The translations under genes and the position numbers were made by a program. A DNA stretch of 64,000 nucleotides from an uncultured archaeon. Its GTDB lineage: Archaea > Aenigmatarchaeota > Aenigmatarchaeia > GW2011-AR5. Location of the stretch: contig CAYJVT010000002.1 in NCBI GenBank assembly GCA_964373695.1, positions 9,448 to 73,447 of the forward strand. The letters run 5' to 3'. Shown here one piece after another: positions 49,543-59,487 of this stretch (position 1 is its first letter; every line of letters begins with the position of its first letter). The notes beneath the pieces were generated by a model. That model saw only the letters and a list, made by a program, of their open reading frames with translations. It ran no database searches and was not told where the DNA came from.

Positions 49543-49707
49543 ATGAGAGAAATAATAGAGCGGATAAGAAGGATACTGCTCATATCGAGCAAGCCCGACA
49601 AGACCGAGTACAGGCAATCGGCCAAGATAACTGGCCTCGGCTTCGTAGTCATAGGTATAATAGGGTTTTCAATATTCCTCATATTCAGCCTGATAGGCGG
49701 ATTATAA
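49543..49707 (+). CDS. secE: Protein translocase subunit SecE/Sec61-gamma (not in ORF track)
   Basis: MREIIERIRRILLISSKPDKTEYRQSAKITGLGFVVIGIIGF; conserved position between ftsZ and spt5. Confidence 0.93.
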   Translation: MREIIERIRRILLISSKPDKTEYRQSAKITGLGFVVIGIIGFSIFLIFSLIGGL

Positions 49708-50147
49708 TGATGCTGACTATAAGAACCACAACCGGGCGGGAGAATGTTGTGATAGATTCGCTGTCGACAAAGATAAAGAACCACAACATTCCAATAAAAT
49801 CCCTGATGCATCCTGAAGACCTGCGGGGATACATATTCGCCGAAGGCGCGCAGGAAGATGTGGAAAATCTCATCAAGAATGTCCCTCATATAAGAGGGAT
49901 AATAAACAAGGAAGTCAATGTAGAAGAAGTCGAAAGGTTCATGATAGCCGAGAAGAGCGAGGTCAAGTTTGAGGTTGAAGATATTGTGGAAATAGTCGGT
50001 TCACCGTTCAAAGGCGAGCTGGCAAAAATAACCAGGGTAGACGAGACAAAAAATGAGATAACTGTAGAGCTTTTGGAAGCCGCCATACCCATACCGGTGA
50101 CCATATCGGTAAATTCTGTCAGAATGCACGAGAAGAAAAAGGTGTGA
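49707..50147 (+). CDS. spt5: Transcription elongation factor Spt5/NusG
   Basis: RTTTGRE, LRGYIFAE, KOW domain GSPFKGELAKI. Confidence 0.96.
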   Translation: MMLTIRTTTGRENVVIDSLSTKIKNHNIPIKSLMHPEDLRGYIFAEGAQEDVENLIKNVPHIRGIINKEVNVEEVERFMIAEKSEVKFEVEDIVEIVGSPFKGELAKITRVDETKNEITVELLEAAIPIPVTISVNSVRMHEKKKV

Positions 50148-50152
50148 TAATT

Positions 50153-50626
50153 ATGCCAAAAGAAACTGTGGATGTTCTGGTCGAAGGTGGAAAAGCCACG
50201 GCAGCACCGCCCATAGGGCCGACGCTTTCGCAGCTTAAACTTAACGTTTCGGACGTGGTCAAGCAGATAAACGACAAGACGAAGGATTTCGGCGGCATGC
50301 AGGTTCCGGTCAAGATAGTGGTTGACACTGAAACAAAAAAATTCGAGATATCAATCGGGACGCCGCCCGTGAGCTCCATGCTTAGAAAAGAGCTCGGTGT
50401 CCAGAGGCTGGCAACCGTCAACGAAGACAAAACCCGGAAAATGGCCGGGGATATCAAGATAGACGCCATAGTAAAGATAGCAAAAAACAAGGACTCCATT
50501 TCAGGCGGCATGAAGGAAAAGGTAAAACAGATTCTGGGTACCTGCCTCAGCTGTGGCATTACTGTAGAAGGACGCGACCCTCGTGAGGTCATAAAAGACA
50601 TAAATGAAGGCAAGATAAGCGCCTAA
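50153..50626 (+). CDS. rpl11: 50S ribosomal protein uL11
   Basis: GGKATAAPPIGPTL, GTPPVS motifs. Confidence 0.96.
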   Translation: MPKETVDVLVEGGKATAAPPIGPTLSQLKLNVSDVVKQINDKTKDFGGMQVPVKIVVDTETKKFEISIGTPPVSSMLRKELGVQRLATVNEDKTRKMAGDIKIDAIVKIAKNKDSISGGMKEKVKQILGTCLSCGITVEGRDPREVIKDINEGKISA

Positions 50627-50829
50627 ACCTTCACAAGCGTTCCTTCTTCAATCATTTTTTTGAGTCGCTCAAATTCCTTTGTCCAATAACAGCCGCGATT
50701 ACCATTTCTCTCCGATTCGGCCATTGCAAAAACATATCCCATGTTGCGGTAACATACTATACGACTATTTACCCTCAGGGCATACCAAGAAGACGTTTTC
50801 TCATACAATTCGGGCATCAAACCCTTCAC
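50623..50829 (-). CDS. Possible small orphan ORF antisense within the r-protein cluster
   Basis: 68-aa ORF with no motif. Confidence 0.3.
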   Translation of the reverse strand: MKGLMPELYEKTSSWYALRVNSRIVCYRNMGYVFAMAESERNGNRGCYWTKEFERLKKMIEEGTLVKV

Positions 50830-50916
50830 TACTTCTTCCTATAAGAATAAAAAACGCACAGTGCCATGAAAATGCGCTTTAAAAGTTTGGCATGTTCATA
50901 ACTTTATAGTGGTCAT

Positions 50917-51375
50917 ATGGATTTTCATGAGAAGCTCTTATTAGTCCTATATGCAGCAATAACGGTCTTCGTGGCCGTTGAATTCTTCGACCTATGGAAC
51001 CTTGCAGTAGTGCTACTCGGCATAGTGGCGGCCATGGTAGTGCAGAAGATATCCTCCGACAAGAAGATAAGGAGCGTCGAAGGAAGTAGGGGAAGGTTGA
51101 TAGACGTCATATCACAGAGAATAGACGTCTTTTCAGGCGGTATAGATTCGCTGAAAAGGGATTTTTCCAAGAACATAGAGTTCCTTGACAACAAAATAAA
51201 CGTAGTCAACGACATTTACCAAGGTGAGATGAAAAAGGGATATTCAGAGATTTCAGGCCGAATTTCCATTCTGGAGCAGAAACTGGAGAGGGTGAGGGAA
51301 GCGATTGACAGCTCCTACATGAGCCTTGATTCCAGGCTTGCCGAAGTTGAAAGAAGGCATGATGAAGGTGCTTAA
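50917..51375 (+). CDS. Two-TM plus coiled-coil hypothetical protein
   Basis: Two N-terminal hydrophobic helices then heptads. Confidence 0.75.
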   Translation: MDFHEKLLLVLYAAITVFVAVEFFDLWNLAVVLLGIVAAMVVQKISSDKKIRSVEGSRGRLIDVISQRIDVFSGGIDSLKRDFSKNIEFLDNKINVVNDIYQGEMKKGYSEISGRISILEQKLERVREAIDSSYMSLDSRLAEVERRHDEGA

Positions 51376-51443
51376 ATATTTTGCTCCAATACTGTTATGA
51401 CCCACATTTACTATAGGTGGTTCTGCCTATAGGAGGGAGACTA

Positions 51444-52067
51444 ATGGAAACCAGGTCATTCAGAAGTATCGAAGACTCGATAAAGCATATAAGAGAAAAC
51501 AACCCGAAGAGGGATTTCGAGCAGACATTCGACCTGGTAGTCAATATAAGGAATATAGACCTCAAAAAGACCGAGAATAAATTCTCGAAGGATGTCGTAC
51601 TCCCACACGGACGCGGGAAAGATGTTGAAGTTGGTATAATTTCCGATACGATACAGGAAGCCACCATCAGGAAGGACGATATAGAGAAACTTGCATCCGA
51701 CAAGAGGGGCATGAAAAACGTGCTGAGAAAATATGAGTTTTTTGTGTGCGAGGCTCCTCTGATGCCCCTCGTAGGTAAGACCCTCGGGAAGTTTCTGGGA
51801 CCGAAGGGGAAGATGCCCAAGCTCCTGCCTCCCGGGCCAAACTACAGAGACATCGTCGAGGAAACCAAGAAATCCGTGAGGGTGAAATTAAGGGATTCCC
51901 CGACAATCCAGACGTGTGTAGGCTCGGAAAATATGAAGGACTCCGAAATAAAGGAAAACCTGGAAAGGGTAGTGGAAGAGGTAAAGAAATCCATACCGCC
52001 GAAATCCCAGATAAAGAATGTTTACCTGAAACTAACGATGGGGAAGCCGGTAAAATTAGAGGTATGA
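51444..52067 (+). CDS. rpl1: 50S ribosomal protein uL1
   Basis: KRDFEQTFDLVVN, LGPKGKMP, YLKLTMGKPV. Confidence 0.97.
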   Translation: METRSFRSIEDSIKHIRENNPKRDFEQTFDLVVNIRNIDLKKTENKFSKDVVLPHGRGKDVEVGIISDTIQEATIRKDDIEKLASDKRGMKNVLRKYEFFVCEAPLMPLVGKTLGKFLGPKGKMPKLLPPGPNYRDIVEETKKSVRVKLRDSPTIQTCVGSENMKDSEIKENLERVVEEVKKSIPPKSQIKNVYLKLTMGKPVKLEV

Positions 52068-52906
52068 TTATGAAAAAGGAAAATGAAGTGAAAGAGCTTG
52101 CAGACATCATGAACGGCCATTCTGTGATAGGCATACTGGATATGCACAAAATGCCCGCCAGGCAGCTGCAGATGATACGCAACAAGCTGAAAGGAAAGGC
52201 TATCATAAGAATGAGCAAGAAGTCCCTTATCAGGCTTGCAATAGAAAATGTGCAGAAGAAAGACATCAAGCCCCTGCAAGGCATACTTGATACCTGCGGC
52301 TTTGAGCCGGCCATACTGGCCACCAATGAAAATCCTTTCAGAATATACAAATTCCTAAAGGACAACAGGAGCCCGGCTTCGGCCAAGGGAGGGGACAAAG
52401 CGACAAAGGACATAGTAATACAAAAAGGCGCCACCAGCCTGCCGCCCGGGCCTGCCATATCAACCCTTCAGAAAGTCGGCCTCAAGGCATCGGTACAGGG
52501 AGGCAAGATAGCGGTTCTCCAGGACAAGGTCGTATGCAAGGAAGGCGATATCATCAGCGACGATTTGGCGGGAGTTCTTTCACTACTCAAGATAGAACCC
52601 ATGGAAATAGGCCTCAAGATTTCTCATGTTTACGAGGACGGGACGCTCTACGAGAAGTCAGTCCTCAACATAGACATGGACGACTACTTAAAAACCCTGC
52701 AGAACTGCATTCATGAGGCTATAAACCTTTCCGTCAACATTGGATATCCAACAAAGGAAACAATAAGAATCATGATACAGAAGGCTTTCATCGAGAGCAA
52801 ATCGCTATGCATCGAAGCGAACGCTCTGGAGAAGGATTTCATTGACGAAGTCCTGATGAAGGCAGTGAGGCAAGCGATGACACTTAATTCGACAATGGAG
52901 GTATGA
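52064..52906 (+). CDS. rpl10: 50S ribosomal protein uL10 (P0)
   Basis: MPARQLQMIR, KGATSLPPGP, LKIEPMEIGL. Confidence 0.96.
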   Translation: MIMKKENEVKELADIMNGHSVIGILDMHKMPARQLQMIRNKLKGKAIIRMSKKSLIRLAIENVQKKDIKPLQGILDTCGFEPAILATNENPFRIYKFLKDNRSPASAKGGDKATKDIVIQKGATSLPPGPAISTLQKVGLKASVQGGKIAVLQDKVVCKEGDIISDDLAGVLSLLKIEPMEIGLKISHVYEDGTLYEKSVLNIDMDDYLKTLQNCIHEAINLSVNIGYPTKETIRIMIQKAFIESKSLCIEANALEKDFIDEVLMKAVRQAMTLNSTMEV

Positions 52907-52909
52907 AAA

Positions 52910-53215
52910 ATGAATTACATATACGGAGCTCTGCTGCTCCACAGCGCTGGCAAACCAGTGAACGAGGAAAACGTAAAGAAAGTGGTGACAGCGGCCGGGG
53001 GAAACGCTGACGAGGCGAAAGTGAAGGCTTTGGTGGCCGCCCTTGAGGGCGTCAACATAGAAGAAGTAATAAGCAAAGCCGCAATGCCTGTAGCCGCGCC
53101 AGTAGCAGCATCTGCATCACCTGCAAAGTCCGAGAAGAACGAGGAAAAGAACGAGGAAGAGCAGGAAAAGAAAGCAGAGAGCGCCGCAGAGGGACTTTCA
53201 GCGCTATTCGGATAA
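52910..53215 (+). CDS. rpl12: Ribosomal stalk protein P1/L12
   Basis: [11 protein letters not shown]...[12 protein letters not shown]...EGLSALFG. Confidence 0.97.
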   Translation: MNYIYGALLLHSAGKPVNEENVKKVVTAAGGNADEAKVKALVAALEGVNIEEVISKAAMPVAAPVAASASPAKSEKNEEKNEEEQEKKAESAAEGLSALFG

Positions 53216-53229
53216 ATTTTATTTTGTTT

Positions 53230-53566
53230 TTACGGTGTTTCAGGCCGGGGTGTGTTTTTTATCCGTTCTTTGATAGATTTTACTATGTTCAAAAAACTTC
53301 CTGAAAAATACATAAAAAGAAAATTTGCGGGCCCCCTGGAACTGGTGTCTTCCCGCGGCACAGTAGCCCGTGTCTCCAAGAATTCGCCCAGGCCGGGTGA
53401 GAAAGATGGCTCAACATACACGTAACCGCGTCCGACGAGAATAAAACGGTAAGCGGTCATCTAACAGAAGGGACTATATTCACCATGGCAGAAGTTCCTT
53501 GGAGAGCTCAGCAAGCAGATAGAGAGATGTCATGATGAATATACAGGCCTGAAAGAGCTTGAATAA
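53230..53566 (+). pseudogene. Frameshifted, 5'-truncated PPC/DUF296 family gene
   Basis: Frame 2 FAGPLELVSSRGTV; frame 1 NIHVTASDENKTVSGHLTEGTIFTMAE; frame 2 FLGELSKQIERCHDEYTGLKELE*. Confidence 0.72.
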
Positions 53567-53582
53567 TGAATCGGTGTTAAAG

Positions 53583-56246
53583 ATGAAAGATGCCCTTAGG
53601 AAAAAATTCTCCGACGACCATGAAAAATACTATAAAGTAAAACTCTTCTCCGACTTAGGTTTCGAAAGGAAGAAATGCAGATGCGGCTCGCATTTCTGGA
53701 CGCTGAACACAGAACGCAATACATGCCCCTCTCACGATGACTATGACTTCATAGGAAATTCGCCGATGAAGAGAATGGATTATATAGAAACGTGGAAGTC
53801 CATAGAAAAATTCTTCGTTGAAAACGGCCATGCAAGCATTCCGTCGTATCCTGTCGTATGCAGATGGTTTCCTGGACTTTACTTTACCATAGCAAGCATA
53901 GTTGCATTCCAGAGATCCGTCGGCGGCAAGACGGTTTTTGAGCTGCCGCAGAATCCCCTCATAATACCACAGAACTGCCTCAGATTCAATGACATACCAA
54001 ACGTGGGCGTCACTGGTAGGCACGGAACCAACTTTGTCATGATAGGCCAGCATTCGCTGCATAAAGGAAATGAAGGTTATTGGAAAGATAGATGCATAGA
54101 ACTCGATTTCAAGCTCCTGACAGATGCATTGAGAATACCGGAAAAGGACGTGACATTTGTAGAGGACATCTGGCTTGGCCCTAACGCTTTCGGATACTCA
54201 CTCGAATATTTCGTCCGCGGACTGGAGCTGGGAAATGCTGTATTCACGGAATTTCTCGGAACTCCAGAAAAATACACACATATGGCGGATAAAATAGTTG
54301 ACATGGGCGCCGGCCTGGAGAGGTTTGCATGGCTCTCGCAGGGGACGCCAACATGCTACGACGCCATTTTCGGTCCCGTGACAGAAAAACTCCTCTCGAT
54401 GACCGACTATGATAGAGATTTCTACGTAAGATATTCAAAGGTCTCCGGCTCTCTCAACCTTGACGAAGTTCCGGACATAACAAAGGCGAAGAAGAAAATA
54501 TCGGACGGGCTTGGGATGTCGGTCAAGGAACTCATTAGGAAAACGTCCCCCGTCGAAGCTGCATATGCAATAGCAGACCATGCAAAGACTCTCCTGCTTG
54601 CCATATCAGACGGCGCGCTTCCAAGCAACATCGGAGGGGGATATAACCTCAGGATACTTCTCAGAAGGGCAACAGGCTTTATACAGGAATATGGATTTGA
54701 CATTGACCTTGCAGACGTCTGCGAATGGCACGCGGATTACCTGAAAAATATAAACCCAAGACTGGCGAACTCCATTGACGACATAAGAAAAATACTTGAC
54801 ATTGAAAAACAAAGATTCATTTCTACGGAGAAAAAGAACATGGAATTCGCGGAAGCGCTCATCGAAAAAGGAAGTAAAATCGATACCATCAAGCTTGTGG
54901 AGCTTTACGAATCGCGCGGCATAACTCCGGAATTCATGGAAAGCGTCTCGAGGAAGAAGGGAATTGACATGTATATGCCCCAGGACTTTTACGAGAAGAT
55001 ATCGTCAAAGCACATGAAGGAACCCAGGATACATGAGGCCGGCATAAATATAGACGGACTAGAGCCTACGGAGCTCCTGTTTTATAAGAATAGGGAAACC
55101 ATATTCACGGCAAAGGTCACAAAGATAATAGAAAATAAATATGTAATCCTTGACAGGACTGCATTCTTCGGAAGGTCCGGCGGACAGGAGCCTGATCGTG
55201 GCTTCATAAACAAATGTAGAGTTTACGACGTCGAGAAAATAGGTAACGTCATAGTTCATCACGTCGAGAATCCGGATTTTGAAGTCGGTGATATGATAGA
55301 AGGTGAGATAGATAAGGAAAGGAGACAGCAGCTCACAATGAACCATACAGCTGTCCACATAATAAACGGCGCCGCTAGGAAAGTTCTAGGAAATCATGTA
55401 TGGCAGGCCGGCGCCAGCAAGGGCGTCGATAAGGCGCACCTCGACATAACGCATTTCAATTCTCTGACACAGGAAGAAGCCGACAAAATAGAAAATATTG
55501 CCAATGACATCGTAAAAAAGTCTTTGAAAGTAGTCAAAACAAAGGTCCGCAGAGGCGATGCGGAAAAAATGTATGGAATGAGAATATATCAGGGAGGGGT
55601 CATACCTGAAAAGGAGCTTAACATAATAGAGATACCAGGATTCGACACAGAAGGCTGCGGCGGTACGCATGCCGACGATACAGGAGAGATACGCAAAATA
55701 GTCGTTCTATCGACCGAAAGGATACAGGACGGGGTGGTAAGAATAAACATAGCATCTTGGAAAGCCGCCGAAAAATTTGTCGAAGAGCAGAAAGAACTGC
55801 TGGCCGAGGTCGGGAAAATACTTGGAGCCAAAGATGAAGAAGTGATAGAAGTATCGAAGAATCTTTTCGCCCAATGGAAAAAATCCAGAAAAAAACAGAA
55901 AACAGAAAATGTCGAAGAAATGAAATACAAAATTGTGGACAACAGGCTCATAGAGGTCGTGGAGTTTGCAGACATTGGGAAGCTCCAGGCAATCTCCAAG
56001 TCGCTTTCAAACGACGATACTTTCATATTCCTTGCCAGCATGTCGGATAAGATATACGTCTTCTGTTCAGCAGGGAAAAACACGGGACTGGACGCAAGAA
56101 AAATAGTTTTCGAATCGTGCAAAATCCTCAAAGGATCCGGCGGCGGCACAGAACTCATCGCGCAGGGATTCGGCACGGAAATGGATAAAATAGAGGATGT
56201 TATGGAATTTGTGAGGCGAACTGCATGCAAGAAAGGAAAATCCTAA
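53583..56246 (+). CDS. alaS: Alanyl-tRNA synthetase (archaeal type)
   Basis: YFTIASIVAFQ, GLELGNAVF, DMGAGLERF, editing domain HTAVH...CGGTH. Confidence 0.97.
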   Translation: MKDALRKKFSDDHEKYYKVKLFSDLGFERKKCRCGSHFWTLNTERNTCPSHDDYDFIGNSPMKRMDYIETWKSIEKFFVENGHASIPSYPVVCRWFPGLYFTIASIVAFQRSVGGKTVFELPQNPLIIPQNCLRFNDIPNVGVTGRHGTNFVMIGQHSLHKGNEGYWKDRCIELDFKLLTDALRIPEKDVTFVEDIWLGPNAFGYSLEYFVRGLELGNAVFTEFLGTPEKYTHMADKIVDMGAGLERFAWLSQGTPTCYDAIFGPVTEKLLSMTDYDRDFYVRYSKVSGSLNLDEVPDITKAKKKISDGLGMSVKELIRKTSPVEAAYAIADHAKTLLLAISDGALPSNIGGGYNLRILLRRATGFIQEYGFDIDLADVCEWHADYLKNINPRLANSIDDIRKILDIEKQRFISTEKKNMEFAEALIEKGSKIDTIKLVELYESRGITPEFMESVSRKKGIDMYMPQDFYEKISSKHMKEPRIHEAGINIDGLEPTELLFYKNRETIFTAKVTKIIENKYVILDRTAFFGRSGGQEPDRGFINKCRVYDVEKIGNVIVHHVENPDFEVGDMIEGEIDKERRQQLTMNHTAVHIINGAARKVLGNHVWQAGASKGVDKAHLDITHFNSLTQEEADKIENIANDIVKKSLKVVKTKVRRGDAEKMYGMRIYQGGVIPEKELNIIEIPGFDTEGCGGTHADDTGEIRKIVVLSTERIQDGVVRINIASWKAAEKFVEEQKELLAEVGKILGAKDEEVIEVSKNLFAQWKKSRKKQKTENVEEMKYKIVDNRLIEVVEFADIGKLQAISKSLSNDDTFIFLASMSDKIYVFCSAGKNTGLDARKIVFESCKILKGSGGGTELIAQGFGTEMDKIEDVMEFVRRTACKKGKS

Positions 56247-56320
56247 GAGAGATTTCAAGGATTCTTGGAGTGCCTGAGAAGGATATACCAAAGACTCTCA
56301 GAAGATTCAAGAAAGACATG

Positions 56321-56791
56321 TCAGAGAGTTGAATTTATCGACTTCAGGACGCATTCTGGAGGCGTTGAAACAAGATGACTGCACAGCACAGAGAAAATTG
56401 TCCTCGCCGATATGTCCTCTATGTCCTCGGCACCGCCATAAAGGGACTGGATGGAAAGGCTTCTCGAGTCCCCGCTTATGCGTTCGACAACTAACTGTAT
56501 TTTTCCGTCCAATGTCGTCATCGTATCCGGCAAGGTGCCGACATAGTCGTAAACAGCGTCCGGCTCGGTGTAGTAATACCTGAGAAAAGTTATCCCGTTC
56601 TGTATGTACAGCGATTCGATAGAGGGGCTTATCTCATATTCGACGACTGGAGAACTTATAGAATTATCCTTGGTGTCCTCCTGGCCCCCGAAGCTGCTAG
56701 TCACTCCTATAAAGAAGAAAGCTATTGACGACATCCCGAATATGACTATTATGAAAAGAACGACTATCTTCTGCTTCGTTGATTTTTTCAT
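56321..56791 (-). CDS. Membrane-anchored hypothetical protein
   Basis: Basic N-terminus plus one TM (IVVLFIIVIFGMSSIAFFFIG). Confidence 0.75.
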   Translation of the reverse strand: MKKSTKQKIVVLFIIVIFGMSSIAFFFIGVTSSFGGQEDTKDNSISSPVVEYEISPSIESLYIQNGITFLRYYYTEPDAVYDYVGTLPDTMTTLDGKIQLVVERISGDSRSLSIQSLYGGAEDIEDISARTIFSVLCSHLVSTPPECVLKSINSTL

Positions 56792-56795
56792 TTCA

Positions 56796-57140
56796 TCACT
56801 CTGTCGTGTGTATCCTGGCGACTACATTCATTCCCTTTCTGGCCAGGTCAAAAAACTTTTTTATCGCATCCTGAGATGTCATAGCCATCACTTCGACTTT
56901 GTCGCGCCTCGCGGCCGCAAGCACATCCCTGTTGAGCTTCGCCTCACTATTAAACCCCAGCCCGAATATAAGTACTTCAGGGTCGCGAAGCATCATTATT
57001 TCGTAGTCCATAAGCCCTATGTTATGGGTCTTGTCTATCTCCTCATGCCCCTTCAGGTGCAAAAGGAGGTCCATCTCCCCATACATCTTGTCGTCGACAA
57101 GTATCTTTCCGAGCTCTACTTTCTTAACTTTCGGCAGCAT
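56796..57140 (-). CDS. Mth938-like (DUF498) protein
   Basis: PEVLIFGLG...TSQDAIKKF...ARIHTT. Confidence 0.8.
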   Translation of the reverse strand: MLPKVKKVELGKILVDDKMYGEMDLLLHLKGHEEIDKTHNIGLMDYEIMMLRDPEVLIFGLGFNSEAKLNRDVLAAARRDKVEVMAMTSQDAIKKFFDLARKGMNVVARIHTTE

Positions 57141-57153
57141 TTTTCCACCTCGA

Positions 57154-57239
57154 TAGCCCCGCCAGGATTCGAACCTGGGTCTCCCGGTATCTCCGAATGC
57201 TCCAGAGCCGGGAACACTTGGCCTCTATGCTACGGGGCT
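57154..57239 (-). tRNA. tRNA-Gln(CUG) with 13-nt canonical 37/38 intron
   Basis: AGCCCCG/CGGGGCT acceptor; CCCGG-CT CTG G|A-CCGGG anticodon arm; intron 57189-57201 with BHB. Confidence 0.92.
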
Positions 57240-57277
57240 TTCCTGTTAAATATTCAAGCAAAACGTTAAAGAATGAA

Positions 57278-57526
57278 TCAGCTCATGTCATCTATAACTC
57301 TCGTGCCGGTCTGAGTTATGAGATAGCATGTAGAACCTACAGGGCTTATGGCCGTCAGAAGCTTTTTCTCCACCAGGGAACGCGTCACCGTGTCGACAAG
57401 GTTCGAAACGTCCCTGTCAGAATTACCGCTTCCTTTTAGAAAACTCCTAAGCTCTATTTTTGTCATCAAATTATTTTCCGCCACCTTTCTAAGAACTTTT
57501 TTCTCCACTTGATTCAACGAAACCAT
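57278..57526 (-). CDS. Small winged-helix-like hypothetical protein
   Basis: EKKVLRKV...TRSLVEKKLL...CYLITQTG pattern. Confidence 0.65.
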   Translation of the reverse strand: MVSLNQVEKKVLRKVAENNLMTKIELRSFLKGSGNSDRDVSNLVDTVTRSLVEKKLLTAISPVGSTCYLITQTGTRVIDDMS

Positions 57527-57669
57527 TTCATCGCCCCTCTATCATCGAGTATTTTTGCCGAAACTCCAAAAAAATATCATGGAATTTGCAGATTTAATAA
57601 GATTGCGATGTATAAAAAATCATCGTTTAAAAGATGATTTTTATGTTTATAGTGGTGGGGGTTTAAAGA

Positions 57670-58098
57670 ATGCCAATAGTTGGATTCAATTTCAACAAGA
57701 TAAATGCGGAGATAAAAAATGAGAATTACAAGGGTAATATAAACGTCAACATATTATTACCTACCATAAAATCTATAGAAAAGAAGGACGACATTGCCGG
57801 CATGAAGGACATAATCTCAATAGAATTCTTTCTTTCGATGTCTTACGACCCTAAAATCGGCCAGATAGATTTTTCAGGACATGTCCTTTACCAAGGCGAG
57901 AAAGCCGTGAAAGCATTGAAGACCTGGAAAGAAAAGAAAATTCTTGACGAGGAAATCGCCATCGACATATACAACCACGTATTCAGGAGATGCTCAATAA
58001 AGGCGTTCTCGATTGCGGACGACGTAAGGCTTCCACCGCCTATAACCATCCCTCTTCTCACGAAAGGCGAGCCAAAGAAGACAGCGACTGCCGGGTAA
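57670..58098 (+). CDS. Archaeal hypothetical protein (142 aa)
   Basis: MPIVGFNFNKINAE...DVRLPPPI; preceded by a GGTGGGGG RBS-like tract. Confidence 0.8.
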   Translation: MPIVGFNFNKINAEIKNENYKGNINVNILLPTIKSIEKKDDIAGMKDIISIEFFLSMSYDPKIGQIDFSGHVLYQGEKAVKALKTWKEKKILDEEIAIDIYNHVFRRCSIKAFSIADDVRLPPPITIPLLTKGEPKKTATAG

Positions 58099-58459
58099 GT
58101 AATACAAAATATGGTGTGAATATTCCCGTTTCAAATAACTATAATTACAATAACTGACTAGTTTATAATATAGCTACTCTGTTTAACCCTCACAAAACCC
58201 GGCTTGCATGATAAAATATATTTTTAGTTATATATTATTTAATTAATTCTTTATAAAATATATTTATTGCCTTCTATCTCTCACAAAGGAAAATATTTTC
58301 TTTATTATATATTATAAAACTACTTCTTTCTAAAATTTTTTATAGATAATATTTTTTCTATTGTATATATCATAATTTAATTTTCTTCCGTTATCACTCA
58401 CATCAGAAAAACCGAAGATTTTTATGATCTCGAAAAACTTCATTTTTCGCAGAAAAAAA

Positions 58460-59008
58460 TCAGTCTTCGCGTATCATTTCGTTGTTTTTCATTTCCATTT
58501 TTTCTTCTGCTGGTTCCTGTTTTGGCGCTGGCTTTTCATCCTTCTGAAGGCGTGCCATCTCCAACATAAGAAGGTCGTCAAAATCCTTCGCTATCCGGCG
58601 GGTCTTGCGGAAAAAGCTCTTTGTAGCGCTTTCTGCGCGGTCAAGAAGGCGGTTCGCCGTGTTCGATGTCAGCATATAACCCTTGACAAAGCCCTCCCCT
58701 GCCGGCATCTTGACGAATTCTATGAAGCCCAGCGTCCTCCACTTCCTCAATTCCTCATAGGTCTGCGATTGCGAAACCTCGAGTATCTTGGATATTTGCT
58801 CTATGCTCAAAGGTATGCTTTCTTTCTTGTACCTGATCATTTCAAGAAGCAATTTGGAATGTTTGGCCCTTGATTCCTTCCTCTTGATGCCGAGGCGTCT
58901 CACGAGGACGTCGGCAAGGTCTTCCACGGTTAGGTCCAGCTTGCCGTCGGGCGGCGAGACCCTCTGGAATACAATGTCAGAAAGCTTCTTTTTCGGCATT
59001 TTTATCAC
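58460..59008 (-). CDS. Winged-HTH putative transcriptional regulator
   Basis: LSIEQISKILEVSQSQTYEELRKWRTLGFIE HTH. Confidence 0.75.
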   Translation of the reverse strand: MIKMPKKKLSDIVFQRVSPPDGKLDLTVEDLADVLVRRLGIKRKESRAKHSKLLLEMIRYKKESIPLSIEQISKILEVSQSQTYEELRKWRTLGFIEFVKMPAGEGFVKGYMLTSNTANRLLDRAESATKSFFRKTRRIAKDFDDLLMLEMARLQKDEKPAPKQEPAEEKMEMKNNEMIRED

Positions 59009-59487
59009 CGTCTTAATTTGATTACTTCTATTCCAGCTTCTTCGAGTAATTTAGCACCCAAATCATCGGGATATTCCCCTTCCATTACAATCTTCTTTAT
59101 TCCTGCATTAATTAACATTTTAGAGCAGATCGTACACGGCGAATTTGTCGTATAAAGCGCCGCATCCCTTGTCGATACGCCATGAAGGGCCGCCTGCACG
59201 ATCGCATTTTCTTCTGCGTGCGAACATGCGCATTTGTCAAGATGCATGCCGCGGGGAAAATTTTCTTCCGAGCCGTTGCAGCGCTCGCATCCGCCTTCAG
59301 TACAGTTTTTAGTGCCTCGTGGAGTGCCATTATATCCTGTCGATATTATCCTCTTGTCTTTGACCAAAATTGCCCCTACTTGCCTTCTTACGCAGTCAGC
59401 GCGCTGCCTTACAGCATGGGCGACATCCATGAAGTATTCGTCCCAGTCGGGTCGTTTTCCGTCTCTTTTATATACATCTTTGTCCAT
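59005..59487 (-). CDS. dCMP deaminase (ComEB family)
   Basis: RPDWDEYFM, STGYNG, HAEENAI, SPCTIC Zn motifs. Confidence 0.95.
   Translation of the reverse strand: MDKDVYKRDGKRPDWDEYFMDVAHAVRQRADCVRRQVGAILVKDKRIISTGYNGTPRGTKNCTEGGCERCNGSEENFPRGMHLDKCACSHAEENAIVQAALHGVSTRDAALYTTNSPCTICSKMLINAGIKKIVMEGEYPDDLGAKLLEEAGIEVIKLRR

Noticed and set aside
53239-53555. Possible RNase P or SRP RNA (ends TTTCAGGCC/GGCCTGAAA can pair; ACAGAAGGGAC resembles the RNase P CR-V motif)
   Set aside because: Conserved regions are out of order or absent, no SRP helix-8 motif, and the sequence is better explained as a DUF296 pseudogene
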